This document shows positions 1-12,887 of a stretch of DNA of 64,000 bases, one piece after another (within the stretch, counting starts at the first letter, position 1; each line of letters opens with the position of its first letter). The notes below the pieces were generated by a model that was given only the letters and a program-made list of their open reading frames with translations, ran no database searches and had not been told where the DNA came from. Both the position numbers and the translations under genes were made by a program. The DNA is from Lingula anatina (lineage: Eukaryota; Animalia; Brachiopoda): assembly GCA_051362555.1 (NCBI GenBank), contig CM120640.1, positions 42,448,788 through 42,512,787 on the forward strand, in the 5' to 3' direction.

Positions 1-114
1 TTTACTCCAAAATATAATGCCTGTGTGGCCTTCATTTATATGAAATCAAAATGTAGGTAAATTCTAAGGTTAAGTATAAAGGTTATCATAAAACAAATAA
101 ATGACAATATTCAC

Positions 115-3100
115 CATTCTAAGTCTACTAGACCACCTGCTTGGGCTATCAACTGCTTCACTCTATTGGCAAACTGTATGGCATTTTCATCTTCCTAGAG
201 ATACGAAAAATATGCTGTAAGATGAATATACCAAAATGTGAACTGAACTATTTTAGTTTCCCACAGTTACATACCCATTTTCTTATCATTTCAGCAAATA
301 ATAATTTGGCTTTTGGATATTCAAATCCGGATTTTTTCTTTTAAGTTGAGCCACTGATGAAACAAATATTGCACATCACATAAATCATTCCACAAATTCA
401 CATGTTTCTGTAGGTCACAATATCTGATGAACAACTTTTGTGGAACCACAGTGGAAGTAAGATCTAGTTTATTGTAGGGCATGTATCTTGAAAACTTATC
501 ATCCAAACCAATAAAGTTTAACTTAAGTAAACAAATCAAGTAGCCCTTACTCTCTTCTTGACCGGTGGCAAGTACCACACGTCACACACTATGGCCCAGC
601 TGGACATCATCATTAAGATATGCTTGACCATGCCCTGTTTACTACTATTCCAAAACGTGTCTGCAAATCGCAAATCATACTGAAATAATGGAGAAAAAGA
701 ATTATACTATTGATAGGAAGTGTACTGTGATATATGAATGATGTTTCATAACATAACATGCTTTACCAAGAACATGATTTAATCAAACTAAATATCAACA
801 AACTGAAAGTAAAAATGATCTGTTCAATGCCCGACGGTTCATTTATTCATGTTCAGTGGCTCATTTATTTGTGTTATAATACATACTTTAATAGCGATTG
901 GAAAAATTGTGCACCCCACTTCAAAGCTCCCCTTTTTGAACATCATAACTGATGTGTTATTTATACATGTCCCTGTGAAAAAATAAAATCAACAGAAATG
1001 TTAGCAAATCTGAAAACTTCATAAAAACAACTTGATAAAATTAAGCAGAGTTAAAAGTTAATTTTAAGTAGAAAAGATAGAATCATTTTATTTTTTTATC
1101 TTCAGAAGTTACTTCTAAAAACATTCCCTGTTGCAAAAGGTTAACTATACAATTGGGAACTGTGCACTACAGTAAAGACAACAATTTTATCATTTAACAG
1201 CAAAACCTATTTTACCCTCTGGAAAAATAAGCACTGGCAAATTCTCTGGATCACTGACATGTTCTTGCAGTCTGAAAAAAATGGAGTTTTTTGACATGAC
1301 TCATGTATAACAAAATATGCATGCTAAGTTGAATGTGGCACTGATGGTTTTTAAACATGATTAATGGTCAAGATATGATCAATTCTTTTCTTTTTATCTA
1401 ATTCAATAAAAATTTCCTAAGTTTACCTTCTAGCTACTGCACTTCTATCTCTGACTTCTGATCTTTCAAACCAAATGTGACTTGTAGCTCTAGACAATGC
1501 TCTCTGCAGTAGCCCCAGGAAGCCCCCGTGTGACTGACCAACCTAGAAATAATAACCATAGTTTTTGATAAAAAGAATGTGGTTGAGGGGTAGAGGGATA
1601 GCATTTTCCATTCACTCAATCATAACCATTGATAAATACTGCTAAAAAATACCTTACATTAAAATCTACTCAAAATTCAGCTTGTTTTTAAACCTTTCAA
1701 TTTCATATTTTCTTATGGTAATAGACTTGTTGACATCATGCTCAATGACCTTGGATCCTAAATGAATACAGGCTTTTATTGACACTATCATTGAGTGACC
1801 TTGGAATTTATCATATTATGACTGGAAATACATTTATGTCCAACATCCTTGTGAGGAGCTATTTGTTAACCCAAAGTATAAAACTGATTACACGGTCTGT
1901 GAATAACTGTGTTTACTGCATACAGACACTGAGCAAGTATAAAAACATTAGTGGGTATCTATACACTAGGTATTAAACTAACCATAGCATAGCAATTATC
2001 TGTGGCAAGCACCATCACGTCAATGGGGGAAGTATGATTAGCTACACAAATGCCACCTCCCTTGGCTTTATTTTCACTGAAAAGACACATAAAATGAACC
2101 ACAAATGTGCTGAAATAGGCTTCTCTATTCATTGAAAGGTTCCTAAATAGATGCCTGAATTGCATTTTATTATTTTTCTGCTTTTTTTTCAGCGATTTAT
2201 CTAAATACTCACCAAATAAATATCAGTTAATTTGTGTTTAAAAAATTAAGATAAGCAAGGAAGTAAAATTTGGTTAACATATTCAATGTCTCACCTGTTG
2301 TGGAAAGTAATAACAGCAGAAAAGGCTCTACATAATATACGGTAACACATGAGACTGACATACTGGTTGAGTATCTTCTTAAACCTAGATTGGAAAAAAA
2401 GAAATTTTATAATCCATGCACATCATACTGTCACTAAATGTTTTAATTATATCTTACAGGCTATAGCTGTTTCCCTAGTCTACTGACCTGTGTATTGTGC
2501 ATCAAATACATCATGGGACTTACCTGTTCTTTGGTAAATATCCAATGAAGGCTGTACTAATAATCAACCATGCAATACCAATTACAGCTAATATTATTCT
2601 GAAATGTAAAACATATAAGGAATTCAACTTGAATTTCAAGCAAATCATATATACATATATACATATAATATCTGTATTACTTTTGAGCATAAAACTAATA
2701 TGCTTCAATGGTAGGACACATAGCTCATATTCAAACTTTAACTAACTTATTCCCTCCAATAAAGTAGAATTTTAACCAGCAGTATGATATACAATATTAT
2801 TTTCCTTCATTGACTGGACATAATGCATTATGACTGATAAAGGCAGATATGCATGCAATATTAGTAGAGCATTTATCTTGATTCAGCTGACTGTCTCATT
2901 CACCTAGACAATGAATGACCAACATACCTGAATGGCAACAAGAAAAGGTATCTAACATAAACCCCTAAGCCCCAAAGGACAGTCAGGCGAACACTGAAAA
3001 GACCAAAAAATTCAGTTTCTGATTAAGCACTCTTGACTTTTCTCAATGCTACAGTTTTTATTTAAGTTCTCTTAATTTCCCAATGACAAAAAACAATCTA

Positions 3101-6100
3101 CTTCAAAAAGCTTCCTATTAACTAGAGGATCAGAGAGGCGATACCGCCTCCGAATATTGTACCACCAGCTGGAGCAAGCGCATTCGTATAGACCCCCACA
3201 TACACAAAATAAGGGACACAGCCACCAGTCTTGTGCTTGACAAGCTGTAAAAATGCAATCAACAAAAATTTTCAAAATATGCAAAAAATATATATGACTA
3301 AAAATGGTACAATCAAAGTTAAGTTCATCGTAAGGTAGGTCAAAGGTCAAATCCAAGGGTATATTTGAAATCTAATATGACTTTTGGAAAGCCGTCTATA
3401 GAAATTTTTCCCATAACTCCTTCCGTAGGGTAGATAATTAGCATTTAATTTTGCCATTTTTAGACAAGGGTGCATTGTAATGAGTGCCACACCCAGACCC
3501 CAATACCGACAAAGCCCAAATTTTACGTGGAACGAGTTGAGATTATAGGTGACCTAAATCCATGAGATGGGTACGGGGGCCCTTACCGTCTAGGAGGAGA
3601 AGCGGTAACGGTAGCCGTCCGGCGGAGCCGGCGGAACGATCCGGACGGGACCGAAACCATGTGTACCGCCAGCGCTAACGCTGGTGGTACAATAATGGAG
3701 AGAAGTTCAGGCAAAAGAAAAAAATATATTCCCAGTATTAAACAGAACATTTAAGTTACCCTATTTAACTGACATATCTTACCAAAATGTTAACCCTATT
3801 TAACTGGGTATCTTACAAAAATGTTTACCCTATTTAACTGACATATCTTACAAAAGTGTGCACACACAACCTACCTTAGATATTGATAATTGTTGTTTGT
3901 TCTGGACAACAAATTCCATGAAGGAAGCTCTAAAATGTATAGATAAATCCCATCAAAAAGTACTCAATAATGACATTACCTTTTTAAATATCCAGGGCCA
4001 TTTAAGACTTAAAAGTCAAAAATATACCAACAAATCTTTTGGAAGTTTTCTGGATAATCAATAATGGAAAATGCTTTCTGAGTACTAGTACACAAATGTT
4101 ATAAATACTGCCAAATATTCACCTTCAGAACTAAAACATTTTGTTACTTCATCTTCAATTATGGCCTGTAAAACAGAAATGAAAGTAACTTATAAGCTTT
4201 TGAGAATATATAGCTGATCTGATGACTATTTAAACAAGGCAGCAAAGCTGTCAAATGTACAGACAAAAAACAGAAAAAAAAAAGATGCAAAATAGGTCAT
4301 TATGTCAATTTTGATGCAATAATAAATGCTTATAATAGCACAGTCAGTCAACACTGATTTTTAATCATGCACAACAGGTAACATGGTCAATAACAGGAGC
4401 AGATTCAGAGATATTTTCTGACAGTATTCCAAAGTATCTTTGTTGATCCATCTTCCATTTTGATAGTCTTCCAACAGAAACCCGTTAATATAAACTGTAA
4501 AATCTGACTGTCTTCCAGGAGACCCAGAAGATGGTCTTAATCCACCCTTTCAATAAGATTACAATGTCAGGACCATGAGAGTTAAAATTCACATGATGAA
4601 AGTCCCTATATATGAAAAATGATGACAGTGCATAAAATAATATTACATCGTGTTTAAAGACATAAATACCAATACAGCTGCTTATGTGGAAATACTGAAA
4701 ATGTGCACAGCCTCAGGTGGATGGGAGTTAAAAATCACATCTTAAAAATGCCAGTGTTGGAGAAAAAATTAAATAGAAACAACAAAAATATAATTCTAAT
4801 GAAGCTGTTATTCACTGCTTCCTTATTATGGACACTATGTTATCTAGCAGAGAGCTTAACAGGGAAATATCAACAAGTGTGCTTTATGAAATTTCAATTA
4901 ATGGCTACTTAATTAGGTAAATGAGTTTATAGCACTGAAATTAGCCTTGTGAATACCCAAGGGGAATTAACAGACTGACCACACAAATTTGTCTATCAAA
5001 GGTCTTCAGGCCCATAAGTCACACCTTAAAGTCATAATAACTCTTCATTTTGGCCAAAAATTGGATTTTCCTGGAGTAAACGGCAATTTTCCCGTACTTA
5101 CCAATGGTCAGCGACCCCATTCCTGCATTCAAAGTTAATCCAGGGTTTTTTTCCTAAACGTACGGTTTTTTGTTAAAATCTCTTAAGAGATTTTAACTGA
5201 CGGAGCTCTCTCTGACATCGCATAGTCACTGTTGACCTACTTAAAACCGCGGGAAAAGCAGACAACAACAACACTATATAAGATTCATGAGATATATTCG
5301 TCTTTTTGTTAAAAATACATAATATCCACAATGTGTGCCGTTCTGGGCTTTTTATTATCCGACACACTGTACAAAAACTCGCAACTTACGTCTGCGTCCG
5401 CATTAATGCGTTTGGCGCCATATGTTATTTTGGTCTCGAATGAACGCGAGAATCCGCGTGACACCATTACGTCATTAGCAACGAATGCCTTGATGCAAGC
5501 TTCGAAAGCCCTATTGACAAGCACAGATTTTAGTTTTACTACAATAACGGCCGTTTTAGTGGTAAAATACAATAGAATATATTTCCATGCGTTGTTTACA
5601 ATGTATTTCATGCGGAATTTTGAATCTCAAAGGAAGAGTTATTATTGCTTTAAGAAAAGCAGAAAACAATAATGCACAAAAACAGGAGACTGCCCAATTC
5701 TGATGCAATAATACATTATGTTTAACTGCACAGTCAACATAAAATTTTAATTATGCACAACAGGTAACGCTGATGAATATTAGAAAGTGCCAGAATGAGA
5801 AAAATGAAAATTTCACAAAAAATGCATAAATTTAATAAAAATGATGACCCAATTGACCTGGCTTTCTAATTTGAACTGCATGCCAATCCTAAAAATCGTA
5901 CTTATAAGTTAAATATAATAATAAGTAACACAGTTTTCTTTTCATAATGTTTGCAGTAGCAGTGCAAAAAGATTATTGTCAATTTTGATGTAACATTACA
6001 TAATAAATTATAGAATAATTATCACCAATTTTTGATTATTGACTATAAATAGCATGGACATGTAGAAAATTTGATTACCATTAGGCTTCATGTCCATGGG

Positions 6101-9100
6101 AGCTCTGAGTCCCACAATGAATATGCCAAAAAGATAATGAATATTTCACTAAGTGTTAACTTCCAGAAAAAGAAGCCAATTAGACTGCTTTTCCAACTCG
6201 GGCTGCATTTTAGTCCTGTGTTTCTTTTTTGAAAGTTTGACAGTAATAAGTAACACCGTTTTCCCATAATGGTCATCATGGCAGCAGCACCAAATATTGT
6301 GTTTTCTTCTATTTTGATGCAACATTACATAATGCTTAACAGCATAATGACCATCAATTTTAAATGATAAAATATACGTGTCATGGATTTTCAGAAAATG
6401 TGACTAGCAAGGGTCTTCAAGCCCGTGGAGGTTCTAAGTCGCACCTTGAAAATGTCAATAAGTGAAAAATTAAATTTTCACAAAAAACTGTTAAATTGCC
6501 AGAAAAATTTACCAAACAGACTGCATTGCCTACTGAGGCTGTATGTTAGACCCATGTTTCTTTCTTGTAAGTTTGAGAACAGCAAGTGACATGTTTTCCC
6601 TTAAATGGTCATCATAGGAGCAGTGCCCTAAATAGGGGTTTCTTCAAATTTTGATGCAACGTTACATAATGTTTAACAGCATAATAACCATCAAATGTTT
6701 TTAATAAAATATTAGTAACATGGACATTCAGAAAACATGACAAGCAAAGGTCTTCAGGCCCATGGAACTTCAAAGTCACATCTTGAAAATGCCAAAATGT
6801 AAACAAGACAGCACTGTCCTGAAATGGGTTTATTTCCATTTTTAACACTTTTTTAACATAAAACAAAATAAACATTTTACTGCCATTTTTATATGACCAA
6901 CTAAGAAAATTGATGAGATGGGAAAAGTATCAATAGAACAGTGTTAAATGTCCAATTTCCTCCATTCTGAGATTCTGAACATAGTGGATGATTGAATCGA
7001 CAAACTGCAATGATATGAGTTTATTTCCATTTTTGACACTTTATTACACAATACATGATAACAAGTTTACCATGTTTTTTTACATAATCAACTAACAATG
7101 TTGTAAAGATGCAGGAAATATCAAACAAACACTTTTACGCATCTAATTAGTTCAATAATGAGACTGTTAACATGCCTAATAATTGAATCTGAGGAAATGT
7201 GAAAAAACAGTATAACTTCTAAAATAATGGCCCGATTATGCTGATTTTCGAACTCAACCTGCATTTTAGTAAGATTGACCACTCCTGTGAATATAATGCC
7301 AATTGGCCAATCCGTTTTTCTTATATTGTGTTATCAGTGTTGCATTTATATTGAAAAGTGAAAAAACAGCATAAATTCCCTAAAAATGGCCCAATCATGC
7401 TGATTTTCGAACTTGACCTGCGTATTAAGAATTTTCATCAGTTCTGTAAGTTTCAAGCCAAAAGGTAAAATGGTTTTCCACTTACTGTGTTATCGGTGCT
7501 GCATATATGCTGAAAAAGTGAAAAAACAGCATATATTCCCTAAAAATGGCCCAATCATGCCGATTTTCGAACTTGACCTGCATATTATGAATATTCATCA
7601 GTTCTGTAAGTTTCAAGTCAAAAGGTACAATGGTTTTCCACTTATCGTGTTATCGGTGCTGCATATATGTTGAAAAAAGTGAAAAAACAGCATTAATTCC
7701 CTAAGAGTGAACCGATCATGCTGATTTTCGAACTTGACCTGCATATTATGAATATTCATCAGTTCTGCAAGTTTCAAATCAAAAGGCAAAATGGTTTTCC
7801 ACTTATCGTGTTATCCGTAAAAGTGCACGGCGACGGCGACGACGGCGACGACAGATGCAGATGACGGCTATATGTACAGACACATCTGTGTCTGTACATA
7901 AAAACAACACCCATGATCTGATGACAATTAAAACACAACATACATGACTGTTTTAATTTCAGACAAAGAAGGCCTTTTCAGATAACTATGAATAAGTTAC
8001 AGATCCTCTACGTGAATAACCAAATAGGCATGCAATACATAATTCATTTGCTGAAATGTATACTGCAGTAAGATGTTTGGCAGGGTTGGATTGGGCAAGG
8101 GCTGGCTTCAGAGAGGAGTTTGGATATTTTCTTACCTAATCAACCTTTCAAATATGAAATGCTCATTTTTGAAGAACATTGCTGACAATATTTTAAGACT
8201 GCATGAGATTAAGTAGTGATTTCTTACACACAATTGCATTTGTGTTAAAAAATATACTGCCTTCCCTTATATTATCCCAGTTCATTTGATTGATAAGGAA
8301 AGACTTACCTCTACACCACTTTTACAGAAGTACATTGTATCTGTGAGTTGAAATTCTCTCTGCATGGTCTCTACAGAACGGACGTTGGAGATTCTAATTC
8401 CTTCGGAAGCTCTTAGTGGCATCTCTCTCTCTATCACATGCATTCCTTAAAGCAGAATTTGCAACAAAGTGAAATACATTCAAAATGAATATTACTATAA
8501 AGGTTACCATTATGAGTCTTATAGTTTTGTGTGTGTGTGTGTGTGCGCGCGTGCGTGTGTGTGTGTGTGTGTGTATGTACACAAGTACATGCATGTGTAT
8601 GTGTATGCACACCTACATATGTGTATCTCATATAAGCTTCAGAAAAAGCATTTTAGTCAGGCTTTGAACACTGAAAATGAATTCAAAGAATAAAGTGGAA
8701 GTAACTCCAAATGTTTCAGTCATGGTGACATTCACGTACATAGTACTTGTTCACATTGTGCCCTATATGTCACCGTTAAGCATTATCAGATAATGATACT
8801 GAAAATAAACATTGGAGATAGCTGCATGTCTGTAGTAAAACTTCCTAAGCAGACATTTACTAAGTTGTTTTATTAATAGTACATGTCCCCCACACCAAAC
8901 AAAAAAAAAAGATAAAAAGAAAAAAAGCAGCATAGCTGTCAAATGTACAGACAAAAAAGTAAAAAGTGATTCACAAAAAAAGGTTACTTAGTTGATATGA
9001 TGCAACATTATAAAAAGCTCAACAAGGTTATCACCACCAATTTTCATAAACCACTATTTCATTACCTGATTCCTCAGACTGAACACAACCATTCCCAGAC

Positions 9101-10186
9101 GGTGCTTTTTTGTCTTCCTCACCAGCATGACCATCTTCTCCTAATTCCTTACCGGTTTGTTCCTCTGCAGAATCCTGAATAAACCCTTGTTTGTGCTCTA
9201 TCTTTTGTCGTCCATACTGAAAAATATCCCATATACCAAGTAAACACAATGCAAACAAAGTTAATCACTTACAATATTAAAAGGTTTTACTTTTCTTCAG
9301 CTTTTCATCTTAAGAAAGAATTTCTAAAAAAGGCTAAAATTATTAGCATCTATCAACACAAGTGGTTTGGCTGCTGTAGATTTCACTTTCAAGGTCAAAA
9401 TAAATGATTTCAAGAAGTAATCAGAAATCATTTTGCAAGTGTTTTAGATTCTTGTCAGTCGCGATTTGATAATACTTACATGACGGGTAAGTTTTGACCC
9501 TGATAGTGATATACCAGGGTTAGTTTAAAAAGGGTTACTGGGGTCTACTGCTAACAATTAAACCCAGTTATTATATAAACTGCAACTTATAAAGAATCCC
9601 TGGCAATTTAGCCAAATGCTAAAACTAACTTAAATTGGCTAAATGAAATAGGGCTGATTCGACTTATTTTAGTCAATTTTAAACCATTTGGAGAAAAAAA
9701 TGAGGAAAACGTAGCAATTTGGCTAAATGAAAAAAATTGCTAACGCCACCCCAGAATCCTCGGTTTGTCATATCATTTCATCCTAGGACATGTACAATTT
9801 AACACAAAAAGTGAAAACATCTTTCCAAGACTACACAAGGCCAGGGTGTCAAATAAACAACTGTATCATAATTTGATCATGCTTCTGTCACTCTGCCCTG
9901 CTTATTCCATGCATGCACTCACATGTGGCACTTTCTTTGGGTCCAGATAGATAAAACTGTTCTACATAGTAATTCATGAATTTTTCTGTTTAACTCATTA
10001 TCGCAGGTTGAACATTTACTTTTTCTTTTGGACTTCTCCAACTGACTGAGTGCACACACTAAGACAAAAGAAAGCTTTCTTTTAAATGGAAATAATAACA
10101 GAACAAAATCAAGTATTTCAAGACAGGACAACATCTTTAAATAAAACATATCTAATTTAGTCTTACACAAAAAAAGTGGTCTTAAA

Positions 10187-10261
<75 letters not shown>

Positions 10262-12565
10262 TATAATTTTTATAGGTCTATAATTTTTAAGGATTTCTGA
10301 AAAATCTGTGTGGTATGTATTTTTGCGGCAAAACTCTTTGTGCTCTCCCTTCAACTTGCATACACCATATGAAATAACATCTAATTTAAAAAATCTGAAA
10401 AACAAATCAGGAAAATAAAAAAAAAAACTGCACATCTGTCCTAAATTCCAAAGTAAGTAAAAACCACTGGTGACAGCGTCTCACAAATCACACCCTGCCA
10501 ATGACACAGTAAATAGTTCAACTTTCAATCCTCTTCAATATCACATAACTTATCTTCATTATATAGCAATGAGACATTATTTATAAACTGTATGAAAGTA
10601 CTCCCCACCCTCACCCCACCCTTTCTTTAATGCAGTTATGTTGACTTAATCAGTTCTGCCATTCACATGAATGGGACTGGCAATTTAATGGTTTTTTGAT
10701 GTGCTTATAAGAAACTTCAAACACTGAAAAACCTGAAAGCAAATTGCAAAACTGATTTATTTGAATATAAAAGATACTCACCAAAATCACCACATCACTG
10801 AATTAAGAATAGCATTTAATCAAAGATTTCCAAGTTTGGGAGCACAAAGCATAAGTACCATTTGACCTTCAAGCTTCATGTTACAGGGAGCATTTTTTTC
10901 TCTTTGTCTGAAAGTATCCCTGAACACTCCTTACTATTCACAAAATTTGTTTATGTATCACAAGCCTAGACTTCATGTTATTTCTTCACAGGTGGATAAT
11001 TTCACAAGAGGCAGGAGCATTCTACACTGTGGGCATCACACCTGTCTTTGTCTTTTAGTTTCATTTCCAGACATGGCAAAACTGTCAGTCCTACTGGTCA
11101 TGATCAATTGAAAATGCTGTCTGACCAATTACAATGGTTAGCTATCAGTCCTTTGGACGAACAAGGGTTTTCTGACAAGTATAAAACTAATTCTGAATAA
11201 TTCTGACTTAGACTTATAACACTAATATAATCCTTACTGAGGAATCAAAAGGAGAAAAGCTGCACTTGGTTATTTTTCTCCTTTTTAATACCTTTTGTTT
11301 GGAGAATTCCCTGCTTTTGCTTTTACATGCACTGTCATTGGCTTTTTATTGCATCACAGCAATCACGTATCCATTCTATCTATGCATGACCTCTTTCGTT
11401 GCCAAGCATGCAACCTTGTATTAACAAGGCCAGGGCAAATGTACTGCTAAATTATGACAACTGACTCTTCTCTCAAGATAAATTATTCATATACTAGTAG
11501 TAGGCCAAGATAGTGACACCTGACTTGAAAAGGTACACAGACATTCCATTATTTGCATCTTTTTGGAGAAAGAAACAACAGTGTTGAACAGACTAATGGA
11601 AGTTATCATTGCTAGTTACAGATTTTAATTACCATTATTATTTTATCAGATTATGATAGCCCGGAGTCCTGAACAGAAAGCTGTTTGCATGCAAATGAGA
11701 TACAGATACCATAACATTGAAGTGGTTAGCATGATTCATGTACTCTCATTTGGACTACAATCAGTAATAGCATTTGCGCTCTTTGGTAATTAAATCAAGA
11801 AAACAAAAAACTGGTTCAGATATAATTTTCAAACTTGCATGAATAATGATCAGCAACAATTCCTACTGTTGAACAATGAAAATGAGTTTGTTTTTTCTAA
11901 TATATATTGTTATACTGATGGAACGCCTAGAAAGTGAGCAACACTGACCATCAAACTTTATTAACCATAGTTTATAGGGGTCGAGGTTATAGTACTGACT
12001 TTATATTACTTATTGGTTAACACAAAAAAGAGGTCATTTAAAATAGAATCATTGTAATTTTCTGGGTGAAAAAGCAACCCAAACAGATTCATGTTATATT
12101 ATTGTGATTTTCTGGGCGAAAAAGCAACCAAATAAGACTCACGTTTTCAAATTTTCTTGGAGATGAGCCCCAAAACTCTTATCCATTGGGATACCCCCCC
12201 CCTCCCCCCCCCCCCCAGCCCTTCCCAACCATCATAAACGACCTTATCACCTAAGGTCCTTGCAAACTTAAAAAGTCAGTAGAAACACTGATATAATAAT
12301 TATGAAATTATATAAACAAAAATTTCAGGACCAATACATATTTTTGTGCAACTTGATCCAAATTTTCCCTTGACCTCTGACTACAAGTTGAGACAGTTCA
12401 GGTTACGTGTACTTAACTTACCTCAAATATTTTTAGGAGAACCTGTACATATTTCTTCCTAATTCCTACAGATTGACCTACAGATGCCAACACAACAACC
12501 AAAAGAATACCCAATGCTGCCGGAGCAAAAAGGATTGCCGCAGCAGTTATCAACAACTGCTCCAT
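115..12565 (-). CDS. GPAT4: Glycerol-3-phosphate acyltransferase, GPAT3/GPAT4 (AGPAT9/AGPAT6) family; 14 coding exons in window, last exon beyond the left edge
   Basis: Phase-consistent GT-AG exons on minus: 12565-12422, 9216-9066 (or 9153), 8445-8309, 4165-4123, 3929-3875, 2993-2928, 2598-2524, 2384-2295, 2076-1983, 1542-1427, 1271-1216, 972-887, 679-551, 194-115. Translation gives a hydrophobic N-terminus ...GIRKKYVQVLLKIFE, IIEDEVTKCFSSEELPSWNLLSRTN, catalytic motif CVANHTSPID, HIWFERSE, LIFPEGTCINNTSVMMFKKGSFE, SSWAIVCDVWYLPP and AQAGGLVDLEW. Probably a single co-ortholog of vertebrate GPAT3 and GPAT4. Confidence 0.96.
3120..3695 (-). mobile_element. Non-autonomous Helentron (HINE/DINE-1-like) element, family A, about 575 bp, in GPAT intron 5
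   Basis: Perfect 14-bp subterminal inverted repeats ATTGTACCACCAGC (3156-3169) and GCTGGTGGTACAAT (3680-3693); stem-loop GTACCGCCAGCG-CTAA-CGCTGGTGGTAC at one end next to a CGG/CCGT-rich microsatellite-like tract (3600-3655); short palindrome GAGGCG-ATAC-CGCCTC (3135-3150) and a CTAGTT terminus (minus strand) at the other end; CpG-rich relative to the host intron. Confidence 0.8.
3758..3857. repeat. Minisatellite, about 3 x 34-35 bp (ACCCTATTTAACTGACATATCTTAC...)
   Basis: Units start at 3758, 3793 and 3827, just downstream of the GPAT exon 5 donor. Confidence 0.85.
5030..5649. mobile_element. 620-bp MITE with TTAA target-site duplication (Kolobok-like AG...CT termini), nested in the family B Helentron
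   Basis: TTAA at 5026-5029 and 5650-5653. Imperfect TIRs AGTCATAATAACTCTTC (from 5030) and GAAGAGTTATTATTGCT (to 5649). The interior is strongly CpG-rich compared with the flanks. Confidence 0.75.
5690..6790. repeat. Degenerate tandem repeat, about 330-bp units (3-4 copies), internal to the family B element
   Basis: The block TTTTGATGCAACATTACATAAT...GGTCTTCAGGCCCAT...GTCACA recurs, with anchors near 5702, 5987, 6316 and 6653; related copies occur near 4310 and 5001. Confidence 0.7.
7199..7815. repeat. Tandem core repeats, about 4 x 160 bp (satellite-like array of the family B element)
   Basis: GTGAAAAAACAG anchors at 7199, 7358, 7518 and 7679. The same unit is present inverted at 63143-63500. 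Confidence 0.9.
8528..8574. repeat. (TG)n microsatellite with a CG interruption
   Basis: Read directly from the sequence. Confidence 0.95.
8927..9044 (-). mobile_element. Solo 3'-terminal fragment of the family B Helentron in GPAT intron 2
   Basis: GCAGCATAGCTGTCAAATGTACAGACAAAAAA matches 4239-4270; it is followed by a GATGCAACATTA...CAATTTT block matching the internal 330-bp repeat. Confidence 0.65.
10191..10260. repeat. (TA)35 microsatellite
   Basis: Read directly from the sequence. Confidence 0.97.
12053..12144. repeat. Tandem duplication of about 50 bp (TGTRATTTTCTGGGYGAAAAAGCAACC...)
   Basis: Two copies, starting near 12053 and 12103. Confidence 0.75.
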
Positions 12566-12887
12566 AACTGCTTGGCTTCGGCTGTTCCATATGCACTCCG
12601 TATAAACTGTGTCAAGGTCACGGACATAGGCTGTCTATCTACATTGTTATCATATTTATCATATCGGATTTGGTTTAGAAAAGTATTTTGTGCCCAAACA
12701 GTGAGTTTCAATAGATAAAAAAAACATTATAAAAAAGAATATTACAGCATGCTGGGATTTGGGTATGAATGTCTTTTTCCGAAATAAAGCCTCGGATTCG
12801 CTTTTACCAAGGCGCCCTATACAGTAATGAATGCTTGTTTTACTCGAAACGAGACTGTACTGAAGCTGGAGCGGACCCAAGATGGCG
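12566..12887. promoter_or_regulatory. Bidirectional promoter shared by GPAT and ATP5ME
   Basis: Divergent ATGs at 12565 (minus) and 12882 (plus) with 316 bp between them; local CpG retention; YY1-like AAGATGGCG (12879-12887) overlapping the ATP5ME start codon. Confidence 0.75.

Larger units (their letters stand above)
4233..7904 (-). mobile_element. Large (about 3.67 kb) non-autonomous Helentron/pearl-like element, family B, filling most of GPAT intron 3
   Basis: One end has the hairpin TATGTACAGACAC-ATCT-GTGTCTGTACATA (7871-7900) next to a (CGA/CGG)n tract (7826-7852) and 160-bp core repeats. The other end has AACAAG (4233-4238), the palindrome GGCAGC-AAA-GCTGTC and the matching subTIR ATGTACAGACA (4255-4265). 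No TSD. Removing the element restores a short TGATCTGATGAC(T/A)ATT tandem repeat (4215 and 7914), which supports the boundaries. Confidence 0.75.

Noticed and set aside
5309-5672. Overlapping 100-aa and 113-aa ORFs
   Set aside because: They lie almost entirely inside the TTAA-flanked MITE and show no transposase or other recognisable motif.
7199-7815. Regular repeat array that might suggest CRISPR
   Set aside because: These are contiguous 160-bp units with no unique spacers, in a eukaryotic context, and are the core repeats of a Helentron-type element.
8394-8693. Four overlapping His/Thr- or Cys/Val-rich ORFs
   Set aside because: Artefacts of the (TG)n microsatellite.
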